This document shows, one piece after another, positions 37,677-53,667 of a stretch of 64,000 nucleotides of DNA. A program made the position numbers and the translations under genes. The DNA comes from Ancylonema sp. (Eukaryota). The stretch is from assembly GCA_050230475.1 (NCBI GenBank), contig JBFLGF010000118.1, forward strand, positions 1-64,000, in the 5' to 3' direction. Each line of letters begins with the position of its first letter. The first letter of the stretch is position 1. A model generated the notes under the pieces. That model was not told the origin of the DNA. It searched no databases and saw nothing but the letters and a program-made list of their open reading frames with translations.

Positions 37677-38964
37677 TCAACGTCCAACTTTCGTTAGTAA
37701 TGCCTTGAGTTCCCTTTCCATCTTGAACAACAACACCTAAGAAACAGAAGGGCACGAGTTTGTATTCAATTCGGTCTCCTACAAAAACATACTACGTACT
37801 TGAGACAAGGGCAAGAACTTGGAATGACGCAGATGCATAGGATGCGTTGATGCATGGCACACTTGGAGTTCAGAGTGGGAAACAACAGAGGAAAGGAAAC
37901 AATAAGGAAATGGTGTAAGATCATTTGAGGATCTCGTGGGGTCCACCTTGCATGTTCGATGATGGCTTACCTGCCTCCCAAACGGAACGATGAGATTGTA
38001 GTGTGCAACCTTCTTGTTAACCTCCATCAATTCCTCTTCCAACCGTGTCTCCATCCTCTGCCAACTTTCTCTTCGAGGATCGTTGTTGTTTTCACGATCG
38101 TAGGCGACCTCAAGTCCTCTTCTCCAGCGTCGGATCTGGAAACGGATGTCTTTATTCAGCTCCACCCAGTCAGGTGCAAACCCACTCCTCTTCAGCCACC
38201 GGTAGGCCATCTCGTCAGCAGGATCATTGTGAGGATGTGTTTGCTCTGGCAAGGGTTTGCCAATTCCGTGGAGCTTCCCAAAGTCTCCTTCTCGAAAGGA
38301 CTGCTGCACGCGCTGTTCGACAACACTCGCGATATCAGCCTCAGATCTGCCAGAATTGCAATATCACGCGCATGAAAGGGATGACTTCTGGGTATATTTA
38401 AGGAGTACTTCTATCCAGATAACATCATTGGGATGAATTCTGATAGTGTCGGTTTTAGTAGACGGTGCAAGGTCAATTTGCCAGACGACATTGGGATACT
38501 CACATACATGAATCAAGGTGCTGTTGCTCATATCTATTATGATTCAGGTCATCAACTCTTTGAGACCAATTCCCAATCAAGGGTTCCTCCCTAAATTGAT
38601 GAAACGTAAAATAGTGGGTAAAGTTTACATGCATCTTGTGATTAGCTAATCACCTGACAGCGTCAGAATCTATCGCAAGTGTTTGTTTCTTCTGCTGCTG
38701 GAGCTTCCGGGCAGCCCGTAACTTCCGTAGGGCATTCAGCACGGTCCAGCCTTCCGTACTTCGTTCGGCTTCGATTCCGTCTTCCAACCCGGAGGAGGCC
38801 TGAGCAGCGAATTCAGATCCACCAGATGTCGAGCCGGTGCTATAATTACCAAGTAGTAGGCGACGCAGTGGAGTCTTCTCAGAACTGGCCAAGTTCTCTG
38901 TCATAACAGGAACCGTACGAAGAAATTTGTGCAGATGAGAGGGCCAGAACTGCGATCGTGCCAT
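37677..38964 (-). CDS. DUF1992/DNAJC28-conserved-domain protein; exons 38964-38654, 38346-37971, 37736-37677
   Basis: VVEQRVQQSFREGDFGKLHGIGKPL...RWLKRSGFAPDWVELNKDIR...NKKVAHYNLIVPFGRQ; phases compatible; N-terminus resembles an organellar targeting peptide. Confidence 0.85.
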
Positions 38965-39626
38965 TAAGAACGCAAGTAATACGGGGATCTCGACCTATCA
39001 AAAGAGGTGTTGGTAAGAAAATTAACGATAGGAGCAGAACTCCAATGTCAGACTGAGCGTTGCCACGAACGATAGAGGACTGATTCCAGTCACAGTCACA
39101 TCACATGAAGTGACGAAGGGGAGTAATGACACAACCAACATTCGCCATCATTGCTTTCGACAGGAGAAGTGCTTTTCTCTCCTCGTTGCACTTCAGTCCT
39201 TCCTCCTTGTCTCTAAGCGTCTTTCACCGTTCCTGAGAAGACAGACTGCAGAAACCAGGGCGTATCGAGCCATGAATCCCGTTCCGCACAACATGCATTC
39301 CGTTTCGCGCGCGAAAAATACTTACCGCCCGGGCGGTAAAACTAACCGGTATGCCCACTTGCCTCGATTGTCCGAGAGCATCTCCGGGCACCGGGTATTG
39401 AAGAAAGCAAAACGGACGCGGATTCAGTGAACGGCTGAATCCTCCACACAGTATACAACGAGAGTATTTGTATACAGCGACTGCTTGTGTCGCCGTCCCT
39501 TCCAACAGCCCTGCTCTGCGTCTGCCCTGTGTGTCCTCTAGATTTCGACCCTATTGGCTTAGTTCTGTACATTTTGTGTTCAGTTATCCAGGTCGGACGA
39601 CCAATATGGAATTTTGTTTGAGTCCG

Positions 39627-44041
<4,415 letters not shown>

Positions 44042-46722
44042 CGTGGATTTTTTTGCGAGTGAATGTGGGGGAGAGAAGGGAGAGTTGATGGTAACGAAAG
44101 TATGATAGTTGGTTGGAGGATGTGACTTATGTCGCAGTGTCGTTTGTGATGGCACGTATTCAACCGGATTTCGAAGTCGATGATCTATCTAGTTCGAAAG
44201 ATGGGTGTCACGAGAAGCAATAAGTAGTTGATGATTGTCAGCCAAAATTACGAGTCGGAAGAAACCCCACATCTATATGGGGAGGGTTGTACTTTCAAAG
44301 AGGAAGTAAAGACCGATTTTGTTTGTCGCGGGGAGGGTAGACTACAACCACTGGCTTATTTCGCCTTCCATGTAGGTTACATCATGCAAGTGTAGCTAAA
44401 TTTGCATGGCCCATACTCATGTTTCGTTATCTCTGGGTTTGTGAACTTGATTCGAGGGTCATGCAACGAAATGTTGTATTTGCCATGACTTCCCTTGGAG
44501 GCATATCAGACAATTATGCAATCGCATCACACGAGGGTTGTTGTGGTCGTACAACTCCTTTGGTAAGATGACATGGGGACTCCGGGATTTTATTTTTGTT
44601 GTGTGTGGGGTTCCGCTACACAAACAGAAATGTCGTTACGCTATCATGGGTCGCTTGTCGTATATGTAAAAATAACGCAAAATGCCATGTACCCAAACAC
44701 AATTTTGGCAGTGTGCAAGTATCACGCGTTCGTGGTGTCTGAATATGGTTTTATTTCGTGCACAAAGTCACTTGCTTGCATTGCAACAACAATGCCTCCA
44801 TGTATTGAGAGGATCGGTAATGGATGCTCGAATGAGGCGAATCCATGGTTGGTCCATGGTCACCCAATCCTCTTATTCCAATTGGAACTTTATTGGGCTC
44901 GATCTGCATCAAAATTGGATCGGAATGTTTTTTAAACGAAAATGGGCCAACAAATATTGTCTTCAATGTGATCAATTTGAGTACTTAAATATACCGTAAT
45001 GTGCGCTCTCAGGTCATCGAGTTTTTTAATAAAAGAATCCGTTCATCAATAAGTTTAAGCGTTGATTGCGGGCATCTGAAAAGAATGTGAATATTTGAAG
45101 GATGTATTGAGGGTATTCGAAGCTTATACCCTGTGATCCGCAACCAAATTATTCGACCCTGAATCTACCGCATACGGGTATTACGGGATCCCAAGTCGTA
45201 CGCCATACCGTAGAAACTCAACAAAATAATTATCTTCAATCTAATATCTTGGCTAATACAACAAAACATGCTAACATAACCACTTTACTTAGGTTTTTAT
45301 GAGAAAATAGCATCTTGTGTAAAATAGCATCTTGTCTAAAATTTGATGTATTTTCCTTCCCGTCAATATGAATGAAGAGAAGTCGACCATATTTTCCTCT
45401 GCGGTTCTTTTGGTGGGTGTGCGTTCGTGGTTGACGTTTCTTTTTGTGTACCGTGATGAGGGAGGCAAGTACAACGTACATCCGCGGGGTAGCCCCGGCG
45501 GTGTACTATTTGAAGAGGGAAAGACGCTCCTCAAACCAAATTTACAAAAATGATTTCATGTTTTTCACCTGCACCCGTTTCAGCGCTAGCCTCCCCTCTC
45601 CATCCTCAGCGATCAACATACTGCAACTGACGCACCGCTTCGAAGATCGGCCCTTGTTGCAGCCAAGACAGTGGAGTAGAGACCCGTTCGAGACGTAGAC
45701 CGGAGGGTGTTCTATGATCCAGTCCTCTCATCTCCTATCCCCATTCCTGCAGATGTGTCGGAAGAAGACCAAGAGCGTTTGGGAGAGCCACTAGCGTGAC
45801 AACCACTTCTAGTCCCTGTAGAGCCAGTCCGGATACCAGTGTGAGCACCTCTGAGAGGTCCTGAGCGAGGCCCCGACTACGGTCGGTCAGGTACAACTCT
45901 CAAGATGCCTCTAAGCTTTCAAAAGAGGGAGTTTAACGATTTGGAACCAGGTACGACTTTAGAGAACGAACCCTCTGCAGATGTGTTACCAATTGAACCG
46001 AGCATGCATGCATTAAGTAGAGTTGCAGGTCGGGCAAAGGCAACAAAAGTAGTAGCAAGTCAAGTCAAGAGATCTGTAAAATCGGTAGGGAAGTGTTAGG
46101 CACGTCGAGTGTAGCGAGTCCCCTAGCTGGAGACTCTCAGACACACGAGGTGGCTAACCTTGCCTGTGTCAACACTTAGACATATTTGGCACGAAGCAGC
46201 CATCCATCCTGGGGTCAGGGTTTGGCTCTTCTCCCAAGTATATTATTTGAGGGAAAAGAAGGGACAAAACACAAAACAGGAGAGACAACTGCCAGAAGCA
46301 GTTTGAGCTCGGGGAGAACAGTAAAGCGGTCCCTCTGGGTCCAAGGCCAATTTCCGTTTTTATCTGAAAAAGGGGCGTGGGCAGTGTCTAACCAGCCATG
46401 CGTCAGGATGACCCAGGACCACTTGGCACAAAGCACTAATCCATCTTGGGACCACGGCTTGGCTCTTCTCCCACGCAAGGTACTTGAGGGAGAAAAAGGT
46501 GAGACAGTTATTCAACTGCAGCACAAACTGAGCTCAAGTAGTACAGGACGGTTGGGACCTTGGGCCTCGGAGCAGCTTGTATATATGCCAGGCAAGAAAA
46601 CGACATTAGTAGCACCAAGATTTAGCGGGGATGAAGTAGATGAAGATGCTATGTTTGTATAAGATATTCAGGCTCCTAGACAAGAGTGGTACCAACAGTT
46701 TGTCCAGGCTCCAGGGTCCAAC

Positions 46723-47181
46723 TTGTCATACTTGAGTAGTGCTCTGGCCCATAACTTGTTGCTCGATCCCAGCTTTGCAATTCCAGGTCCCCCTCCTCTG
46801 CGCGACATCGTCATGTGGAAGCACACCACCATTCCCAATTTAGCTGGCGTTTTCACCATCGAAGGCCATGCACCACAAGGGGAGTGCGTCTTGGAATCAG
46901 GTGCGAGCTTCGTCATGATAGGTAAGAGGGTGGCAGATTCATTGGGTCTGCATGCAAAGGATTTGGATGAAGGGATCACTTATACGGTTGCCTCGAGTGC
47001 TTCTCCTAAGTGTAGGGGGGTGACCAAAAAGAAACTTGCTATCTGCCTACTCCCAGGCACTCCATATCAGGTCACAACACATCTGCATGTACTGGTAGAC
47101 AATGCTACCTCGTATGATATATTGGTGGGTGCTCATCTCGTCAATCGTGAAATTGTCCTGATCAACTACCGAGACTCTTAG
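46723..47181 (+). pseudogene. Retroviral-type aspartic protease
   Basis: CVLESGASFVMI (D[ST]GA motif with D->E), flap-like TYTVAS, and YDILVG. Confidence 0.75.
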
Positions 47182-47991
47182 TGGAAGGTAGAACTAAAGT
47201 GGGCAACTACGGGAAAACGCAAAGTGCGTTTGACCATTGACCATTGACCATTGACCTTTATGTGACTCCAGCGCAGCTGAGAGAGAAGAAGAATGCAAGA
47301 TTGCAAGGCTATGTGGGAGGACCGTCCGACTACTTCCCCAACGCGACCCCAGGGCAAGTGAAAGCGTTGCCGCACCCGGCATACCAGTGGCACGCACGTG
47401 AGGAGGAAGAAGAACGCGCCCGATAAGAGGAGTGGGCTTGCAATGCCCATGATATCCTTACCACCTGGCTGCTTGCATCTCCTGCTTTGCATCTGCACAA
47501 TATGCGGTTAGCAGAGTTAAAGGAACATTTCGAGCTCATCAGGATGCATGTGGTCAATTTACGCAACTAGACAATGCAGAATAGTATAGGCATCCGAGAG
47601 GGCCCAAAGTCTTTCATTTGGACTCACAAATAGCGTGTCTTGCGTACAACCCTTCCTTTTTACGAACAGTTGCAGAGGGACATCGCCATCAAAGAAGCCG
47701 AGGCTGAGGACGAACGCCGGGCTCGTGGCATCATCCTTCCTGCAACACCACCACCAGTGATCCACCTGTCAGAGTTTTAGCAGGAAATGACACGCCTGGA
47801 CCAACAATCTGCGATACGTCGCACCTTTCAACGCACTCAGGCCCAGAGGGAGGTGATCGTGAACCTGGACCGCACCCGTCGCAGAGCCCTTGCACAGCCC
47901 CTACTGCTCCTCTCCCACCCACATTGGACAAGAGTGTGATCATGTGGAGCCCATCGACACAACTGTCCGTCGCCAGCCAGCTCACCAGCAA

Positions 47992-48729
47992 GGCGTTCAC
48001 ATCTTCGAAGTTTGTGGCGGTGTGGGCTGCCCCAAGTTGATGGAGGCCATGGGAGCAGGTGTTGCGGTCAGACAGTACACCTATGTGGATATTGGCCGCA
48101 ACGAGCATGTCGTGGTTCGCGCTTTCCTCGCCAAGGTTCACCTGCAGTATCCTCACCTCTTGCCCCAATCAGCGATTCAAGGGTTTGACTCTCGCCTTGA
48201 TCAAAATGTATATCGCATCTCTGCTACTGACATGGTCAACCTCACTGCCCGCCATGGTTTTATTGACATGTTTGGATGTGGCTTTCCTTGCCAACCATAC
48301 AACAATGCTGGTAGGGGTAGAGGTAGAAATGACCCGCGACATGGTGTTTTCTTTGAAATGGTCCGTCTGCTCAAGTGAAGTCAACAGGAGCAGGATGGTC
48401 GTCTAGTTCTGTACCTCTTAGAAAATGTGCATATCCGTCAAGATACGCCAGAGGAGGTTAAGGATGGTGATGAACACGTCATGGCTTTACTGAGGCAACC
48501 TAGCATCCGGCTAGATGCATGTTCGGTAGGGGGTCTCAGTCACCGCTCGCGTAGGTACTGGACTAACATGTTGTCTCCTCGGGAGCTCAAGCGTTTTGTT
48601 CCCCCTAACCACCTCTTGGATCCTCTGTCCTCAGCCCTTGAGCTCCACCATGAACTAGCTCCCTACGAATCGACAGACCAGCCCCCTCATCGCCGTGTCA
48701 ACATTCGAGGTCGCCCCCGTCGGGTGCTG
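47992..48729 (+). pseudogene. C5 cytosine DNA methyltransferase domain (DNMT3-like), motifs I-VIII
   Basis: I: IFEVCGGVG; II: YVDI; IV: GFPCQ; V: GRGRGRNDPRHGVFFEMVRLL; VI: LLENV; VIII: LDACSVGGLSHRSRRYWTN. One in-frame TGA at 48376-48378. Confidence 0.9.
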
Positions 48730-50490
48730 TGTTAGACTCGTATGGAATGACGAGTCTAGCTTTTATAAGCAATCTCACACCACAAATAAATGCATATGGA
48801 AATAGGAAGTGCAAGTAAAGATAAGGATAATACATGAATTGATCACGATACTCAATGAGCACTACTTAAGGGTTTAAATACTAGTCTGAAGCTAGGGTCG
48901 GAACCGAACTCGTTGTAAACGAAAATTGAACATACCTCGGTATAAGAACAAGCTGGAAGTTAAGACCTAATAAAGGACTGACTGATGATGAAGTGTAATA
49001 ATCAAAGAAGGGCTTAACAACGTGTAGGAATATTCGGATAGCCATGCCTTATGCTTGCTAGTCCAGTTGTGACCGTTTACTCTAACCGGGCGCCATATTC
49101 CTAGATGTGCTTGTATGCGGTGCCGGGCACGATTGTGTCCGGTCACCTGATCTGTTGTCACGCTTGATGTCGACAGTTAGAGTCGTTATTAGCGGTTGGC
49201 ATGCTTGACGTGTCTTGATTGGTTCGATCTAGTCATGTCAGAGTGTCCGGCATGTGCCGTTGACACATAGATGAGTTGTCACTCAAGGATAGGCCGACGG
49301 TCAATTGTACCGACCGTCGGCAGACAACGATCTGTAAAGCGCATCGGGTATTACCATCCCCGATGCGATCACAATGTAATTAATTCGTTCCACACACGCA
49401 ACTCTTGTCTCGTTGATCATCAGTGATAGAGATCCTTTGCGTACGGTTCGTTTTGTCGCCCACCAAAAATCTCCTGCACGTAATCACTCAAAAGCTTAGA
49501 GGTTATGGGCCCACGTGCGGTCTAGTTTAGACGCCGTGTTGGTTAAGAACTACAAGCTCCCGCGATTCGCTGCGAAGATCTCTTGAACGGTAAATTGTGT
49601 CTGTAAGGGCAAATTTAGCCGTGGTTGTTAAGTACTGCTAGACGTAATTTCGACATTGCGTTGCACGAAATCGAGTTGAGAGCTGCATTGCAGGAATTGC
49701 ACTGAGAGCTAAAGCTGCGTGAGAATTCTCATAAAATCCTACACAATTGTTGCTATAGATGTCGGATAAATCTCAAATTCCGAAGTTTACTGGAGCATAT
49801 TGTACAGGATGGGCCTTCAAGGTCAAGTATGGGTTAGCAGACAAAAAGCTGCATCGTGTGGTCATGGATTGGGACAGCCTGCTGCGGCGGCGTCGTCCAT
49901 ATGTTATTTTGCCATTGACCCCAGACAATGAGCTGCAGTTTACTACTAGGGGGGTCGACGTTGATGTCGAGAGAAGGACCAGGGAGCAGCGGATTTCCTA
50001 GCAGCTGCCACAGCTCGAGAAATGGGACGAGGATAATCTGGCTGCAATGGCGTACATCCAGAAGCATTTGGGTCCCTCGGAGCTGACACACGTCACGGAC
50101 TGCACGACAGTTGCCGGGATGTAGGAGGCACTGAAGACTTTTTATATGGTGCACGGAGCGATCGAGATCGCCAACACCGAGGCGCTGCTGAGCGCTATTA
50201 TTCAGGCGGAGGCTGAAGACCTCAACGTCTACGTGAAGCGGCTGCAGCAGATCCATCAGGACCTGAAGAACCCGGGTGCGCCGGTGACGCCAATGAAGTA
50301 GGCTATTAATTTGCTGAACTCCCTCAACACTCACTACAGCCCCATGGTGTCGACTCTCATGCCATGGTCGGAAATCATCACCGCATCTTTTCACGATTCC
50401 GCACATTGTGAACGCGCTGCTGCGCGACGACGTTCGCAAGGAGCTGAATGAGCGGAAGAGGGGGGCGCTGCCAGGAGGTCACCACGCAAC
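48730..50490 (+). mobile_element. Ty1/Copia 5' part: putative LTR 48730-49500, half-tRNA PBS, decayed gag (49759-~50490)
   Basis: Starts TGTTAG; PBS at 49501; gag IPKFTGAYCTGWAFKVK...AMAYIQKHLG...LNVYVKRLQQIHQDL...LLNSLNTHYSPMV with in-frame stops. Confidence 0.8.
49501..49514 (+). promoter_or_regulatory. Primer-binding site complementary to the anticodon arm of tRNA-iMet
   Basis: GGTTATGGGCCCAC is the reverse complement of GUGGGCCCAUAACC of plant initiator tRNA. Confidence 0.85.
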
Positions 50491-51795
50491 TATGGTAGAG
50501 AAAAGGTCTGATCGTAGTCCTCTCCCTCTACTTGACTGACTCCCTTAGCCACAACTCTTGCTTTGTATTTTTCTACAGAACCATCTGCATTGACATTGAT
50601 CCTGAACACCCACTTTGACTTCACAACTTTCTTCCCCTTCGGCCTTGGCACAAGTCGATAGACCTGGTTTTCTTGCTGCAGCCATTGCAGCTTTCCACTC
50701 AGCTGCTTGCGGGCTGTTAAGAGCTTCCTCAACAATCGTCGGTGTCTTTATCTCACTTTCCAAGTTGGCAACAACAGCAGCAACAAATGTGTTGGGATGC
50801 ATTCCTCTGTTCTCCCTTGCAGATCGACGAATAGGCTCAGGATCATCGATAGAAGTTTCTGGAAAGTTGTCGGTCACGCCAAGAAAAGGAGTAGCATCAT
50901 CTGGATACCATTCTGGACCATCTTCTAGAATCTTCGTCTTCATCGTCTCCACTAGAATTGCTGACAAGTTCTGGAAGATCTGCACTGTGAGGAAGAGGAG
51001 ATCTCGGAAGCTGTGGCAATGGATTCCGACAGCATCAGGGATCTCTTCATCGACAGAATTTGGATCGCCATAGGCAGGTTGCCCACCTCCAGAAATACCC
51101 CCTCCGAGACCAACACTACCCCCCCCTCTTGCTCAGCTGCATCCAGATCTGGCCATGACATTCTTGTTTCTGCAACTGGCTCATGCACTCTTGCCTTCTT
51201 GCCAATTTTCTGACCCCTCCACCAGCTTTGCTTGACAGATTCATCGAAGTCTGCATGACTGACCAGTGCCAACGTTGTGTACTTTGTTCGTTGCAGGATC
51301 CCAGACTCGGTAGCAAGGACTGTCGGGTGTCGGGATTCCTAACACACCAAGCCAAGCCAGCGCACTCATTTTTCCAGCCCGATCTTGTTTCTCCAGTCGC
51401 ACATAAACTTTGCAGCCGAATGATCGAAGATGATCAACCTTTGGAACTTCTCCTGACCACATCTCCTCTGGAGTTTTTGGAAGTCCGCTGACTTGACATC
51501 GATTTCTGAGGTATGAAGCTAAGGAGATTGCTTCTGCCCACAGACCAAGAGGAAGTTGCATGTGCAAAAACATAGAGCGAGCCCTGTTTGCAACGGACGA
51601 TTCATGCGTTCTGTGATTGCATTGCCTTGAGGAGTGTTTGGCGGAGTTGTCTCATGTCTGATGCTTCTGTTTTTTAGCCACTTCTGCAGACCACCATCGA
51701 TAAACTCTCCTCCTCGATCTGATCTCAGATTTTTAACAAGTTTCCTAGCTTGTCTTTCCCAGATTGCGATCCATTGCTTCAGACGAGGAGCTGCA

Positions 51796-53667
51796 TCATC
51801 CTTTGCTGCGAAGTATTTCCACCCAGGATTTTCGGCTGTATTCATCGACGAGCACCATGTTGTACACTCCTCCCCCTATTGATGCTGGATTGAACGGCCC
51901 TGCCAAGTCCACCGACACTCTTCCCACGCAGACTTGTTCTCCCTCACCAGCTTCTCGTCGAGGATGAGGTTTGTCGTGTGCCTTCCCCAGCTTGCACCCT
52001 TCACAGTTTTGCAGAACTCCTGAGATGCCTCCTTCCAGTCCTCGTACAAGATGTTGTCGTGCCACATTTTTGAGCACTCTCTCATTTGCATGCCCAAGTC
52101 TTGTGTGGAGGAGGTTGATTTCGACAGCAGCTACAACAGCTTCCCCTTCAGTAAGTTGCTGATGTCGAACCGGTGTGCAGATTAGAGTTTTTCGACCTGT
52201 CGATGTTTCGTGCAGAGTGCAGACTTGTTGTCCAAATTTGTTGTAAACTATAATGATGCCACCAGCTTTTCCACTGCAAGTGTAAGACCACCCTGCTTCT
52301 CTGGCTTTCTGACCGCTGAACAAATTAATGCGCATCCCAGGAATGTACAAACATTTCTTGAGTGTTACTTCTCCACACTCTCCCTCGGTATTCAGCTCAA
52401 TTGTTCCCCACTGCTTCACTCGCACACTTCCGACCAGATGATGCATGATGACCTCGTGTGGAATGTCTTCGAGGATTTTGAAAAGATTTCTCTGTCCACA
52501 AGAATGGTGACTGGAACCATCGTCGAAAAGGAAATCTTTGTCCGCATCATCATTATCTGCAACATTTCCATCAAAGATTTCAGCGATGATAGCTTCTCCA
52601 TGACCACAGCTGCTTTCCTCCTCATCGATTTCACCAACGTAAGCTGCTTGTCTCCCAGTGCGTACCCCCTTTCTTTGCCTTCGTGGAGCTTCGTTTTTCT
52701 TGTCGAAACACGTGAATTCCACATGACCAATGGCTCCACAATATCTGCATTCGTTCTTGGAGCAGTCTCTGCTGTAGTGACCTGTCTCTCCACAAGTATA
52801 GCAGTGCCCTCCACTTGATCCACTGCCTCCACCTGTGCCTCCACGACCACCTCTGATTCCACGATTATCTGCTGAATACCCCCTGAATGTACCCCTACCT
52901 CCACGATTGATGATACCACCACCTCTGCCTTGGCTTGAAAAAAATTGTTGCGCTGACCACTTAGCATAGTTTGCCTCTACAACTAGTGCCTCAGCATCTT
53001 TGACATCCTTTTCTTTCTTGTCGTCCAGCTCATCCATTCCCATCTGCCTCCAGATCCAGCTGATCCCAGGTGCCTCTTTCTGTCCATAATAAAGCTTCTT
53101 CAACATGCCGTATTTTGTTCTTGACATGCGAGCAAACAATGCCATCACCTGATCTTCTGCGTTGACTGTAAATTTTTGATGTACACACTCTCTGATGATC
53201 GACATAAAAGTATTCTTGATATCTCTGACTGGCATCTTTTCATCGATCTTGAAAGATTTCAGCTTTTCTTTTGCAATCTGTCGAAGTTCTGGAGACACCT
53301 TGTCATACTCCTCTGTCAGATAGTCCCACATCGCCGTTGGATCTCGTTCAAATTGTTCAAGTGATGTAGCGATGTCGTCACTGACAAATTGCATGAGTAG
53401 CATGACTGCCTTCTTTGAACTTTTGCGGAAGCTTCTGACATCAAGTGTATACTGCTCCATTTCTGCTTCATTTGTTGGCCAGTGTTGATCATCATATCTG
53501 GCTGTAACCTCAGGTGGAATAGTCTCTGTTCCTTTGCAGATCTCAAGACACTCAGCATCATCAAGAGTAGCTGAGGCCTTAGATCTCCATGTTTGAAAGG
53601 TAACTTTATCTCCATCCAGAATGCAGTACTGTGCTCTGATACCACTGTGAGTGCTTTCTTCTGCCAT
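51796..53667 (-). CDS. Copia Gag-protease-integrase(N) open frame starting MAEESTHSGIRAQ
   Basis: 623-codon ORF from ATG 53667; ends at a frameshift in the integrase core. Confidence 0.85.
   Translation of the reverse strand: MAEESTHSGIRAQYCILDGDKVTFQTWRSKASATLDDAECLEICKGTETIPPEVTARYDDQHWPTNEAEMEQYTLDVRSFRKSSKKAVMLLMQFVSDDIATSLEQFERDPTAMWDYLTEEYDKVSPELRQIAKEKLKSFKIDEKMPVRDIKNTFMSIIRECVHQKFTVNAEDQVMALFARMSRTKYGMLKKLYYGQKEAPGISWIWRQMGMDELDDKKEKDVKDAEALVVEANYAKWSAQQFFSSQGRGGGIINRGGRGTFRGYSADNRGIRGGRGGTGGGSGSSGGHCYTCGETGHYSRDCSKNECRYCGAIGHVEFTCFDKKNEAPRRQRKGVRTGRQAAYVGEIDEEESSCGHGEAIIAEIFDGNVADNDDADKDFLFDDGSSHHSCGQRNLFKILEDIPHEVIMHHLVGSVRVKQWGTIELNTEGECGEVTLKKCLYIPGMRINLFSGQKAREAGWSYTCSGKAGGIIIVYNKFGQQVCTLHETSTGRKTLICTPVRHQQLTEGEAVVAAVEINLLHTRLGHANERVLKNVARQHLVRGLEGGISGVLQNCEGCKLGKAHDKPHPRREAGEGEQVCVGRVSVDLAGPFNPASIGGGVYNMVLVDEYSRKSWVEILRSKG
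53633..53644 (-). promoter_or_regulatory. Primer-binding site for the 3' end of tRNA-iMet
   Basis: TGGTATCAGAGC, one nt after the LTR-terminal CA. Confidence 0.93.

Larger units (their letters stand above)
45720..48729 (+). mobile_element. Decayed retroelement polyprotein region (likely Ty3/gypsy-type) with protease and DNA methyltransferase
   Basis: Intronless collinear reading frames broken by stops and frameshifts; retropepsin followed by C5-MTase; truncated at 48730; 5' boundary uncertain. Confidence 0.7.

Noticed and set aside
38505..38535. Possible 30-nt micro-exon in the DUF1992 gene
   Set aside because: Phase-compatible, but direct joining (AVR/SE) matches plant homologues as I recall them
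45482..45510. GC hairpin resembling a Helitron 3' end
   Set aside because: Imperfect stem, followed by CTAT rather than CTAG, and no 5' end identified
45665..45690. agaca-g-tggagtagag as LTR end and PBS of the MTase element
   Set aside because: No tRNA match I can name and no second LTR to confirm; left unassigned
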